Positions 36,563 through 46,898 of a stretch of 64,000 nt of DNA are shown piece after piece. A program made the translations under genes and the position numbers. Below the pieces are notes generated by a model. That model did no database searches. It saw only the letters and a program-made list of their open reading frames with translations, and was not told the origin of the DNA. Origin of the DNA: Tubulanus polymorphus (taxonomy: Eukaryota; Animalia; Nemertea); NCBI RefSeq assembly GCF_964204645.1, contig NC_134025.1:16033101-16097100 (forward strand). The letters run 5' to 3'. How positions within the stretch are numbered: the first letter of the stretch is position 1; every line of letters starts with the position of its first letter.

Positions 36563-38306
36563 AAAAAAATTACTCTTTACATCTTATAACTAGTTCATAT
36601 ATTACAGGAAAATTATTTAAATCAATTAAATAACCATTATGATTTCTTACTTCTAATTTAAAATTATTTAATTGTACAAGGTTTAAATACAAGGTTTAAA
36701 ATCACATTCAGCTAAATTATAATTTATTTGTGTTCCAAATTGTTTAACATTTTCTAATGGTAAAATATTTAATATACTAGAATTATAAATTGTTTCTTTA
36801 GTTGCTTCGAATGTTTTTGTTGGGTGAATTAAATTGCAAACAGTTTAGCTAAAGGTTTTTTTACTAGAAATCTTTGTTGTTCATTACCTACTTTTATTCT
36901 TATTTTATTCGAACTATCACTTTTAATAAATTTAATTTAAAATTTACTAAATGCACTTACTAGATTAGACCCTCACCTACCAGTGTCTGAAAATGCACTC
37001 TAACATTTTTAATTCAACCTAAATTGATAACTATTACAAACTAGAATGGTACTTGAAACTAATAGGAATATATATTAGTTTCAAGTACCAAAGTAAGAAA
37101 GCCAACAAACCTCATAAACTGTACAAATATTTTTCAGACAAATGGGTTCGGCTTTTTACCAATGTAATAATACATTTAATACATTTGCAACAAGAAACTT
37201 CAATCACGGAATACTTGACTTTGGCATTCTTTTGAGATACCTAGTTGTTGTACAAGTAATAGGCATACATAGGTCTGTATTATGACGTATTTATGCATAA
37301 AGGGACTTCAAAAATTTCCATTTTGAATTTACTGCTGAAATGATATTGTTGTCCATGTGAATCGAGCAAAAATAATCACTGTGAGGTGCTGCTACCTGTT
37401 GGCACATGAATGAACTAAGTTAAATGTACTAAATTTGCTACAATGGTAAATAGAGGATGTTATCATCTTCTTCCTCATTTTTGAGCCCCCCAGATTGGTA
37501 TAGCAAATTAGCTACGTGGGTCAATAGAGGGTTTTAACGGATGAGTTGGTCCAAGTGTTTGGCAGTACATAGTGCTGGTAAAATACCTCCCTTTTTCAGT
37601 AATATATCCATCAGACTTTTAGCTAAGACTAATCACAAATGTTAGATTTAAAGGGAATAAACATTTGTACTTACCCTAGAACTTTGTAATACTGTCCCTA
37701 GGAATCTTCTGGCGCCATTCTTGAATCGCTGAAAGCAAAGTTTAAAAATTTGATAAAATCCTGCAATATTTCATAAAACAACTGACAAACTTCATATCAC
37801 GTTTATGACATTAATGTCCCATCCAAATGAGCATATGTCCTGTCAACTCGGTCTAACCATTAATGGATCAACTAAATTAACTCTTTTTTCTGCCTATAGA
37901 CTTTATTTGTATTCATTCATTTCAATTGACAGACTTCAGGTCTACTTTACAATGATTTCAAAGCTGTGACGAATAATGTGACGGTACAGCAAAACATTCG
38001 ACAGCCATAAAATATATTACACCCTAGCTGGTCTAGATTGATGACTGAGCACAAGGGAATTTATATTCTTTTTTACCTAATAAATATCTTCGATAAACAT
38101 AATCATTCGATAAACATAATTAATATGTCTATTCTAGATATTGTGTATATTCTTGCCTCATCGTATATTCAGTCACAGAACTACACGATTCTCCATATGC
38201 AGTAGAACTCGCTTAATTTGGATGAGGTAATTCGTGTTTTATTTTAAAGTTTACGAATTTAATAATCCCGATGAATTTTCCCTTTATACGGTTTCAAATT
38301 TCCTAA

Positions 38307-39420
38307 ATTAGGGTTTTCTGTATCTTCACAGATTTATCTCCTATTGAGATACACGTGATTATTAGGGCTTTTTGTTTCTTCACAGAAAACCCTATTGATA
38401 TTTGCATGATTATTAGGGTTTTCTGTTACATCACAAAAAACCCTATTGATATTCTCGTGTTTATTATTATCATTTGACAATTGACGTCAAAACTGCAAAG
38501 GCTTTCTTTCTTTAGCGCAGTTTCCGATACAATCCGTTCTATTTCATTTAGCTCACTTCGATCTACAGAAACTGCATGGGAATTTTGATGAATCAACGTT
38601 ACAAAAGCACTGTCAGGCCGTAAACATCAAAAATTGAGCCCCATTCAATGAGGCGACATGTTTTTTAGAGTTGTCATCCCGAAATCATCCACAGGCTGGC
38701 CCTCACTTCGATTATCAATTCAAGCGTAAATAAACAAATTTATTGCCGCAAGCTTTCACATTCAGTCGCGGTCTTCAAACAGTAATTTTAACAATTACCC
38801 ATTTTCTTCATCGGTACACTTTACCGATCCACATGATATTTACTACTCTGAATATTATAAATATTGTAAGCACTATTGAGCTGTAAAGATAGATAATCAA
38901 CGTGTGTCTTTATGTCGTCGTTCCGGGGATCTGCTGCGAGTTTTCCTCGCCAGGAGAATCAAATCAAGTATAAATAAATTTATTACTCCCAGTGATTTGC
39001 CCGCGGGCTTCAAACAGTTAGTTTAACAATATTCTATTTTCCTAAACCAAATTTACCGGATATTTACAACGATAAATCATTTAAGTCCTGGTGAGTCGTG
39101 GGCCTAAACTAAACAGGCCGAACAGATTCAGCAGAGAAAAGCTGTAGTGCTTCAACCATGCATCACTTTTCTATTTTTCCTACAGTACATAGCAAGCTAT
39201 TCCAAATCCACGGGATATTTACTAAATACCTGTATATGACATATTATTATCCGTCGGAGAAAAGCTGTTGTGTCGACGAGGTATCAAAATAAAAGAATTT
39301 ATTACTTGATTTAGCTGCGAGCTTCATTCAATTTTTCCTACAGTACATACCGATCTTTACCAAAATCCACAAGAAATTTACTAAATACAAGTATATGACA
39401 CACTCTCATCCGTAAGCTGG
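38307..39420 (+). mobile_element. 5' part of non-autonomous Helentron copy A
   Basis: Repeated ATTAGGGTTTTCTG..CAGAAAACCCTATTG hairpins followed by diverged internal repeats. No 3' end is nearby. Confidence 0.6.
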
Positions 39421-40642
39421 ACTCAGGCTTATATTCGGAGTAAGTGTTCGCCGCGGGGGATAGGAGGTCGTTTCTCGGGTAGCTTGAAAGGTCTACCCGT
39501 ACTGGAGCTATGAAATGTCGTCGTTTTTGAAAGCTGCGCGTACTTTTGCGCATGCGCAAAAACTGTAAACAATCTCTGCGTACATGAGCAGAAAAAAAAT
39601 GCTCATGGGCGCAAAAATTGTAAACAATATCTGCGCACTGCTCACGCGACGTCGACGGGAGGTAATCCCGGGATGCGCAGTGTTTTTGCGAGCACTGACA
39701 ACGCAACTGTAAATAACGTCTGTGATATGAAGTTTTTTCGATTAAACAGATAATTAAATACATGACATAAAAAACAGAAGGCGGTATTGAAAAAAAAAAC
39801 TAAAAAAATTACGTTCAAATTGCGGTGTTGGATAATTTTACAAGTAGTCATTGAGGTGGGATTCGAACCTAATCAAAACGGGCACCGACCGGAACCGCGG
39901 AGAATTGTGGGTCTATCATTGCTCTATCAGCTAATTCACGAAAACAAACGATGTCTAGACGGTGAACTAGCTGGTACTCTGTTAATAGCTAATAAAATCA
40001 TGCCGGGGCGTCGAAAATGCGAAGATATCATAGCGGGGAGTCCGAAACCAAAACAAAGGAAAACCGTTGCATCACTACTTCAGATGTGTAAAAGAGACAA
40101 CACCACGGTTTCAAATTCGAAATCAATAACAGTTATCGGTAGGACTACTACAAGCACGTCAACAAATACAATATGTGTTCTGCCGCTTACCTCTGTACCG
40201 CCACAACACTTAACAAAAACAACGTAAGTACCTTCCATCTTCGCCTTCTAACATAAAGAAGGTCAAATGACTGATTTACCTCTACGCCTATATATAAGGT
40301 AGGCTAGGCCTAAATTAACAGTGACAACTGGTTTGAACTGGTATTTTGGAAATCTGCTCAGATTTTTTTGCACAGTATTTCGAAACTCTGCTCAGATTTT
40401 TTGCTCAGTAATAAATAAGCAAGGAACAAATCGAAATACTGCTCAGATATTTTGAAAGCTGCTCATATTTCAAGATCAATTTGCTCTCAACAATGGAATT
40501 CTATTTAGGCCCTAGACGTTTAAAAAAAAACGAAATTTTGAATTAGGCCCTACACCTAATTCTACTTAACTAGGCATAATAGGTAAACACAAGCTAAGCT
40601 TGAAAATTCGAGCCGAATGTCATGATCATATGCAGAAAAAAA

Positions 40643-40791
40643 TGTTGTATTTTGTGAATCTAAACAGCATCTGACTTTATTACTACAGTATAGGGTTACA
40701 GTATAGTACACATGGCGCGAAACAGCAACCAATCATATAAGAGAGACATCAACGAATCATATAAGAGAACCAACACATGTCGTTCTCGACA
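40643..40791 (-). repeat. 3' LTR of the BEL/Pao element (possibly truncated)
   Basis: Matches 46750-46898. Confidence 0.9.
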
Positions 40792-41325
40792 CTCCGGGGG
40801 CGGCGGTAAGCGCCGAATTTGAAAGTTTACTCTAAGATAACATGTATCGCATTAAATTGAAAGATATTAATAATCACTATACTAAGTAATAGTTTCACGT
40901 ATGAAATTGAATCGCCATAAGGGCTAGAAATAGGGACATTGCGTTGTGTTGAATAAATGAGTACATAAAAAATATTTCATAATAAATGACTATCTATAGA
41001 AAGCAAGTTAACATCGTATCGAATAACATTTAAATTCATCAATCCGCTTTATAGTAATAATAAGTAATTCCCAACACCAAGAGTGATTAAACGATATTTC
41101 AAGTCCTTTCCGGTAAAGAAAAGTTTCGAAGCGAACGCGTTATTTGTTTAAGATCGGAAACGATTAAAGTTCAGAAAACGCGTAAAAACGATAACGTGTT
41201 AGACCTCGCGGCCGACGAAGAATTTAACGTAAACACGCATGCAGAATCACGTGATGTAAACATAGTCGAGTAAAATGGCAATAATAGCCTACGCATCGGT
41301 TTCATACATATAATCCAGACACAGT

Positions 41326-44300
41326 TCAGTCTTTCAATAATTTCGTCCAATTTCTAATCTTTCGCTGAGCGTTGGCTGCGGCCAGCCTGGTCGCACGCGT
41401 TTTCGGTTGATTTGTATCGGTATTCGTACCGGTATCCGATGAATCATCGACAGATTTCGCGTTAATTTCCAGCGGATATAATTTCGATACGGGTCGGTTC
41501 GTACGGCCGGTACTTGTTCGAATATCCGCTGATCGCACAAGTCCATCGGCGCTAACGTTTAATTTCTCGACGAGTGCCATACGCCAGTGTATTCGCTTCT
41601 TGTTGTCCTCGTGCACTAAAACAATGTCGCCAGTTTTTATTTTGTTTTCGAGTTTCCCGTTGAGTTTCGCACGTTCTCTGAGCGCTATCAAGTATTCACG
41701 GCTCCAACGTCGTTTGAATGAACTCAAAAGTTCTTGCAACGTTTGATTACGGCGTTGAATATCGGTATACGAAACGTTAAAGTCCTGATCATTTAGATCA
41801 ATGTCCTCATACGGCAACAGAGTTAATTGGCGACCGCATAACAGTTGTGACGGAGATAACGGAAGAGGCTCGTCTTCCGTACTATACACATACGTGAGAG
41901 GTCGATCGTTGATCGTAGCCTCAATTTCACACAAGAGAGTTCGTAATTCATCGTCCGTGACGATGCTTCTACCGAGAATCTTTCTGAGGCATTCTTTCGT
42001 TACGCCTATCATCCTTTCCCAGAATCCCCCGAACCAAGGGGCTCGTTTGGGAATGAATGTCCATCTGATTCGATTGTTCGCCATATATCTCGCGACGATC
42101 GGCGAATTGACGATTTCTTCTATCTCTACGCAAGATTTTAGAAAGTATGACCCGTTGTCACTGATCAGTTCATGCGGTAATGATCTACGCGAAACGAATC
42201 TCCGGAATGCTCGAATAAACGCGGCAGGTGTCATATTAATGACTGATTCGAGATGGACTGCTCGCGTGGTGGCGCATGTAAACAGACAGATGTAACGTTT
42301 ATGGCGCTTGTCAGACGTGCCTCTGACCCAAATTTCGCCGGAATAATCTACTCCGGTAACAGTAAAGGGCGGAGCATCCGTAACGCGCGAAACTGGAAGT
42401 GGTGGTGGTATAGGTCTACAGTAGGCGGAGCCTCGTACTATAGCGCACGTAACACATTTCCTGAGAACTGATTTTACGACTTGTCTAATTTTCGGTATCC
42501 AGTATCTTTGCCTGATAGCAGTAACAGTCCCGCCGATTCTTAAATGTTTACACCTCCTGTGGTGAAACAACACGATCAAACGCGTAATATGGTGATCTGG
42601 TAAAAGAATGGGAAATTTGGCATCGTAGGGTAAAGACGAATTTTGCACACGACTGCCGCATCGAATAAGTCCCCTGTCATCGATAAAGATTTTCAGTTGT
42701 TTGATTAGGTTACCGCGTTTGAGTTTCTGGTCTGTCAATTGATTCAATTCAGATTTAAAGTATGTTTTCTGTAAGTCCATGACCCATTTGTTTTCTGCTG
42801 TTTTTATCTCATCGGCGGTGAGTTCCCCGCTAACCCGATCGGCTGGATTCCTCAGATTATGTAAATATCTGAGGAAATAAGCGGTAACACGCACGGGTTC
42901 GGTCAACGATCCATATTTTTCCGGATCAATGATCTTTAAGATACCCGCTTTTTCTAACTTTTCGTGTTGTATCGACATGGTAGTCTCGTCGACAGATTCA
43001 TCAGTTTTAATTTTGTTATCGGCTTGAAATCGCGAGACTGGCCAATCGCCGACTTTCAACCAGTCGGGCCCGTGCCACCATAGTGTTGAATTGGCCAGTT
43101 GATGAGTGGTTATACCGCGTGTTAGTAGATCCGCTGGATTATCTTGAGTCGGTACGTAATTCAATTCCACATCGAGATTGTTTAGCTTCAAGGAGTTTAT
43201 CTCGTGCACCCGATTTTGAACGAAACACGGAAGTCGATTTTCACTCCTAGTCCAACTTAGGACTATCTCGCTATCGGACCAGATAATCGCTTTGCTGAAA
43301 TTGTAGCATGGATTAAGCGCATCGAATGAATATTTGATCAAACGGGCGCCGACGACGGCGGCCATTAGCTCGAGGCGCGGTAACGAGAGCTGTTTAACGG
43401 GTGCAACTCTGTTTTTCGCTATGACAAGCGCGGTGTTTTTCCCTTGACGTAGATAAACGGTGGCTCCGTAGCCACGTGAACTCGCGTCCACAAAGCAATG
43501 TAACGCAGTATCGGTATCCTCCGACGGCGCAGAAAAATACTTTCGGTTAATCGTTATTTTTCTCGCATTTTGTAGATCGCGGTACAAAGTTTTCCAGTTA
43601 TTGCTCACCTCGTCTGGTAATAATTCATCCCACGAGACATTCGCTTTCCATAATTCTTGGATGAATATTTTTGATTTGATGTGAACCGGCGATAACAGTC
43701 CTAACGGATCATAGAGACTCGCCACGCTCCTGACGATTTCGCGCTTCGTAATAATTTCTGGTTCGCTATGCTCGATCGCTTGCTTGTATTTAAGCCTGTC
43801 CTGATTGACATCCCACAGGAGTCCTAGGTTGTTGACAACGTCATGTCCGTTCAATAAGTTGTCTTTACTCGCAATATGTCTGAGGTTTTCGTTGTTACTA
43901 GTCCACTCACATAGTTTAAATCCTGCGTCGGACATCATCCGATTCGCGTTATGGTAATAATCGATTGCTGTCGATTCGTCTTTCACCGACGTAACGACGT
44001 TGTCTACGTATATGCTCGATTTCATATCGTTAGCTACCGTGCTCTTATCTTTGTCCAAATGTGATTTTATGACGGCATTGAGAATAAACGGCGAGCACGC
44101 TGCTCCGAATAATACAGATTTAAATTGATACGTAATGAATTTGCTTTCGGGGTCGTTTGGATCGCTTAGCCAGAAAAATTTCGTGAATTTCCGGTCTGGC
44201 TCGGCTAGGCCCACTTGAAGGAAGGCCTTTTCGATGTCGCTACTAAGTCCAACGTCGCATGTACGAAAGTTCATCAAGATCGAACCAAGATCGTTAAGCA

Positions 44301-46665
44301 GTAGCGGTCCTTTTTCCAGGCAGTCATTTAAACTCGGAGACTGACGCGTACGGAAGCTACAATCGTAGACGACGCGAATTGGTGTTGTAGCTGAGTCTTT
44401 CTTCACCGAGTGGTGCGGTATATAATGCCCTTCGGATTCGTTTTCCTCGTGGATCGACTCGATGAATCCACGCGCTATTTGATCTTCGATAATTCGATCA
44501 TAGATTTTTCGGGTATCGTTATTTAGTTTCCTGACCATCGCTCGCGTTCGGTTGGCTGTGTTCAGTCTATTGGTCGGTAATGGAGGGTGTTCCGGCCTCC
44601 ATGGTAGCTGCGCAACGTATTGGTTTCCCGCCTTTTCGATACAATCCGTCGCGTAATTTTCAAACGTAAGTTCTTCGTTTATCGGGTGTTTTATCCCGAG
44701 TGTTTCGACTCTCCAAAAGTTTTCGAGTTGGTCTCGTTCATGAGTATCATCGGTGAGGATAAAGTTCGCGTAGTCACAACGGTCGTGACTCGAGTTTTTT
44801 AGCGGACCCGAAAGAAGATAGCCGAGTTTTGACGCAACCGCTGTGGGGCCGTTGCCCCTGACGACTTTGTCCTCAACTAAGGACCAGTAGTAGTCGGATC
44901 CAATTAATAGAGCGATTTCGAACGATTCACGACCGCTTACAGGGTGCGCCAGTTTCAGACCCGATAGATAATGTAAATTACGTGTATCTTTGATGTGATT
45001 ACTCATAGGTGTCGTAATGTTCGATTTTACGAGTGCGCTTATCGACACGTCTCCAGTTTCGGTTTTAATGGCTAACTTGACCCGGTCGTATTTCCTTTGT
45101 TTAGATTTAGTATCTCCAAAGATCGAAAGATTCAGTATTTCGCTCGACTCCGGTTTCAAGTTTAATTTCACGGCTGTTTCCTCCGTGATCCATGTTCGGG
45201 TCGAGCCTTCATCAAACAATATGCTGACGGTCTCGGAGTTTTGATGTTTTTCATCAGTAATTTCAGCAACAGCTGTCTTTAAGACGACTGGCGTCGATAC
45301 GGTGATTGAGTCTTGTGAATTTAGCACGCCGATGTACATTTGCCTGTCATCGCATCGCGGGTTCTGATCGTTATGACCAGCTGATTGTGTTTTTTTGCCG
45401 CATAGAGATGTATGGTGTTTATCTGAACATACGGAACAGCTATAGCGTGACCTGCAATCTCTGGCTTTGTGATTTTTTCTCAAACAATTTCGGCAGAGAT
45501 TTTCTCTTTTCACTATATCCATCCGTTTTTCCAGAGAGTTATAGATCAGACAATCCCTTGATTTGTGGTCTTTCTTGCAGTAGTTACATTGAATTTTATA
45601 ATTACGGTCTAGACGGCTTGTTTGATTTCGTTTTCTGTGATGAATTAATAACGACGTGTCTGTGGTTTCGTCTTCTGAATCGCTGATGAGCACACTTTGA
45701 ATGGCTTGTCCTGCCAGACCCGCTTGAATCTCTTTCTGTAACGCTTTCTTCAATTCAGTTAAATTCCATGCTGAATCACCATGGTCGCGTGTGATCTGAG
45801 TTTTAATTCCCGATGGGAGTTTCTCGAATATGACTGGAATCAGGAGATCCCCATAGCTTTCCTCGGTCTTACCGAGAGATTTTAGACCCCTGATATAGCC
45901 TTCCAGTTCATCGTAGAACTTTTTCATCTGTTGTACATTTTCGCGTGGTTTTGGCAATTCCCACAATGCCTTCATATAAACGTTGATCAATTTATGAGTT
46001 TGTCCGTACCTGTTTTTCAAAAGTTCAATGGCTTCGACGTAGTTGTTATTGGTCAGTGATAAGCCCTCGACGCATCGGGCCGCTTCTCCGCTGAGTTGCG
46101 CACGAAGATACTGGAATTTTTGGATGTCGTCTAATCCGGTATCGTTGTGGATAGCTGATTCGAATGCATCTATAAAGCCGATCCATTGTAGTAAATCCCC
46201 GCTGAATGTCGGTAAATGTAACTTAGGTAGATTGACTTGCCTTGATTTGTTGTTAATCGGTTGATGAGTTGTCGTTGTCGTCGGTTTCGTGTCGTTATTG
46301 AACGTTTCAATAAAGAATCTATACTTTTGTATTTCGATAATCCGTTCGAATGCGAAATCATCTGCTTCTGCGATAGATGATTGTAGATTTTCATCAGGCG
46401 TCAACGAGAGAATTGTTTGATCTAGTTCTTGTATGAGGTTTAGCTTTGTGACCGCTGATGATATGATTGCTACCAGATCTTGAACTTCGGCTAGGCCTAC
46501 TTCTGTTGATCCGGATTGTAGGCTCTGGTAGACCTCTTCTGCACGATTGAGGTATTTAGATAACTGCCCTCGGTGGGCCAACCGAGATGCTGTAGGACGC
46601 TTCGTTTGGTCCATTTCGTTTTGACGCTCAGTTTCGTCATACGCATTTTCCGGTGTCGTCGACAT
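41326..46665 (-). CDS. BEL/Pao Gag-Pol polyprotein (~1779 aa from the ATG after the PBS)
   Basis: DUF1759-type Gag (LPKLHLPTFSGD), three CCHC knuckles, protease LFDEGS, RT (DIEKAFLQ, FGAACSPF, YVDN), RNase H (FVDAS, LPRLEL), integrase (GVDYSG, SDNG, WERMIG) and a DUF5641-like tail. Confidence 0.95.
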   Translation of the reverse strand: MSTTPENAYDETERQNEMDQTKRPTASRLAHRGQLSKYLNRAEEVYQSLQSGSTEVGLAEVQDLVAIISSAVTKLNLIQELDQTILSLTPDENLQSSIAEADDFAFERIIEIQKYRFFIETFNNDTKPTTTTTHQPINNKSRQVNLPKLHLPTFSGDLLQWIGFIDAFESAIHNDTGLDDIQKFQYLRAQLSGEAARCVEGLSLTNNNYVEAIELLKNRYGQTHKLINVYMKALWELPKPRENVQQMKKFYDELEGYIRGLKSLGKTEESYGDLLIPVIFEKLPSGIKTQITRDHGDSAWNLTELKKALQKEIQAGLAGQAIQSVLISDSEDETTDTSLLIHHRKRNQTSRLDRNYKIQCNYCKKDHKSRDCLIYNSLEKRMDIVKRENLCRNCLRKNHKARDCRSRYSCSVCSDKHHTSLCGKKTQSAGHNDQNPRCDDRQMYIGVLNSQDSITVSTPVVLKTAVAEITDEKHQNSETVSILFDEGSTRTWITEETAVKLNLKPESSEILNLSIFGDTKSKQRKYDRVKLAIKTETGDVSISALVKSNITTPMSNHIKDTRNLHYLSGLKLAHPVSGRESFEIALLIGSDYYWSLVEDKVVRGNGPTAVASKLGYLLSGPLKNSSHDRCDYANFILTDDTHERDQLENFWRVETLGIKHPINEELTFENYATDCIEKAGNQYVAQLPWRPEHPPLPTNRLNTANRTRAMVRKLNNDTRKIYDRIIEDQIARGFIESIHEENESEGHYIPHHSVKKDSATTPIRVVYDCSFRTRQSPSLNDCLEKGPLLLNDLGSILMNFRTCDVGLSSDIEKAFLQVGLAEPDRKFTKFFWLSDPNDPESKFITYQFKSVLFGAACSPFILNAVIKSHLDKDKSTVANDMKSSIYVDNVVTSVKDESTAIDYYHNANRMMSDAGFKLCEWTSNNENLRHIASKDNLLNGHDVVNNLGLLWDVNQDRLKYKQAIEHSEPEIITKREIVRSVASLYDPLGLLSPVHIKSKIFIQELWKANVSWDELLPDEVSNNWKTLYRDLQNARKITINRKYFSAPSEDTDTALHCFVDASSRGYGATVYLRQGKNTALVIAKNRVAPVKQLSLPRLELMAAVVGARLIKYSFDALNPCYNFSKAIIWSDSEIVLSWTRSENRLPCFVQNRVHEINSLKLNNLDVELNYVPTQDNPADLLTRGITTHQLANSTLWWHGPDWLKVGDWPVSRFQADNKIKTDESVDETTMSIQHEKLEKAGILKIIDPEKYGSLTEPVRVTAYFLRYLHNLRNPADRVSGELTADEIKTAENKWVMDLQKTYFKSELNQLTDQKLKRGNLIKQLKIFIDDRGLIRCGSRVQNSSLPYDAKFPILLPDHHITRLIVLFHHRRCKHLRIGGTVTAIRQRYWIPKIRQVVKSVLRKCVTCAIVRGSAYCRPIPPPLPVSRVTDAPPFTVTGVDYSGEIWVRGTSDKRHKRYICLFTCATTRAVHLESVINMTPAAFIRAFRRFVSRRSLPHELISDNGSYFLKSCVEIEEIVNSPIVARYMANNRIRWTFIPKRAPWFGGFWERMIGVTKECLRKILGRSIVTDDELRTLLCEIEATINDRPLTYVYSTEDEPLPLSPSQLLCGRQLTLLPYEDIDLNDQDFNVSYTDIQRRNQTLQELLSSFKRRWSREYLIALRERAKLNGKLENKIKTGDIVLVHEDNKKRIHWRMALVEKLNVSADGLVRSADIRTSTGRTNRPVSKLYPLEINAKSVDDSSDTGTNTDTNQPKTRATRLAAANAQRKIRNWTKLLKD

Positions 46666-46666
46666 A

Positions 46667-46684
46667 ATCCTGGTCACGGCACCA
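46667..46684 (-). promoter_or_regulatory. Primer binding site, tRNA-His
   Basis: Minus-strand TGGTGCCGTGACCAGGAT is complementary to the tRNA-His 3' end. Confidence 0.85.
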
Positions 46685-46749
46685 AATGTGGTGGAGTGAC
46701 TATCACCACAGAGAGGTGACCAGATCCGAAGGAGTAAAGTCGAAGAGCG

Positions 46750-46898
46750 TGTTGTATTTTGTGAATCTAAACAGCATCTGACTTTATTACTACAGTATAG
46801 GGTTACAGTATAGTACACATGGCGCGAAACAGCAACCAATCATATAAGAGAGACATCAACGAATCATATAAGAGAACCAACACATGTCGTTCTCGACA
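46750..46898 (-). repeat. 5' LTR of the BEL/Pao element (may extend to 46687)
   Basis: Starts TGTCGAGAAC on the minus strand and matches 40643-40791. Confidence 0.9.

Larger units (their letters stand above)
25280..37000 (-). mobile_element. Fragmented AT-rich endogenous virus-like (Polinton/Maverick/adintovirus-like) gene cluster
   Basis: Abutting, intronless, co-oriented, very AT-rich ORFs at ~25280-26853, 29011-30440, 32690-32820, 35545-35696 and 36504-37000. Reading frames rejoin across younger insertions. No PolB, capsid or integrase gene is visible, so the class is inferred. Confidence 0.5.
40643..46898 (-). mobile_element. BEL/Pao LTR retrotransposon with an intact ORF
   Basis: 149-bp direct repeats (40643-40791 and 46750-46898), identical by eye. 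tRNA-His PBS. BEL-type GCCCCCGGAG precedes the 3' LTR. Single Gag-Pol ORF. No TSD. Confidence 0.95.

Noticed and set aside
41801-46264. Plus-strand ORFs within the BEL element, and minus-strand ORFs within the Gypsy element
   Set aside because: These are antisense shadows of long coding frames, with no independent motifs.
46666-46839. N-terminal 58 aa of the 1837-aa ORF
   Set aside because: It lies in the LTR/PBS and starts at a non-ATG codon. The real start is most likely the ATG at 46665.
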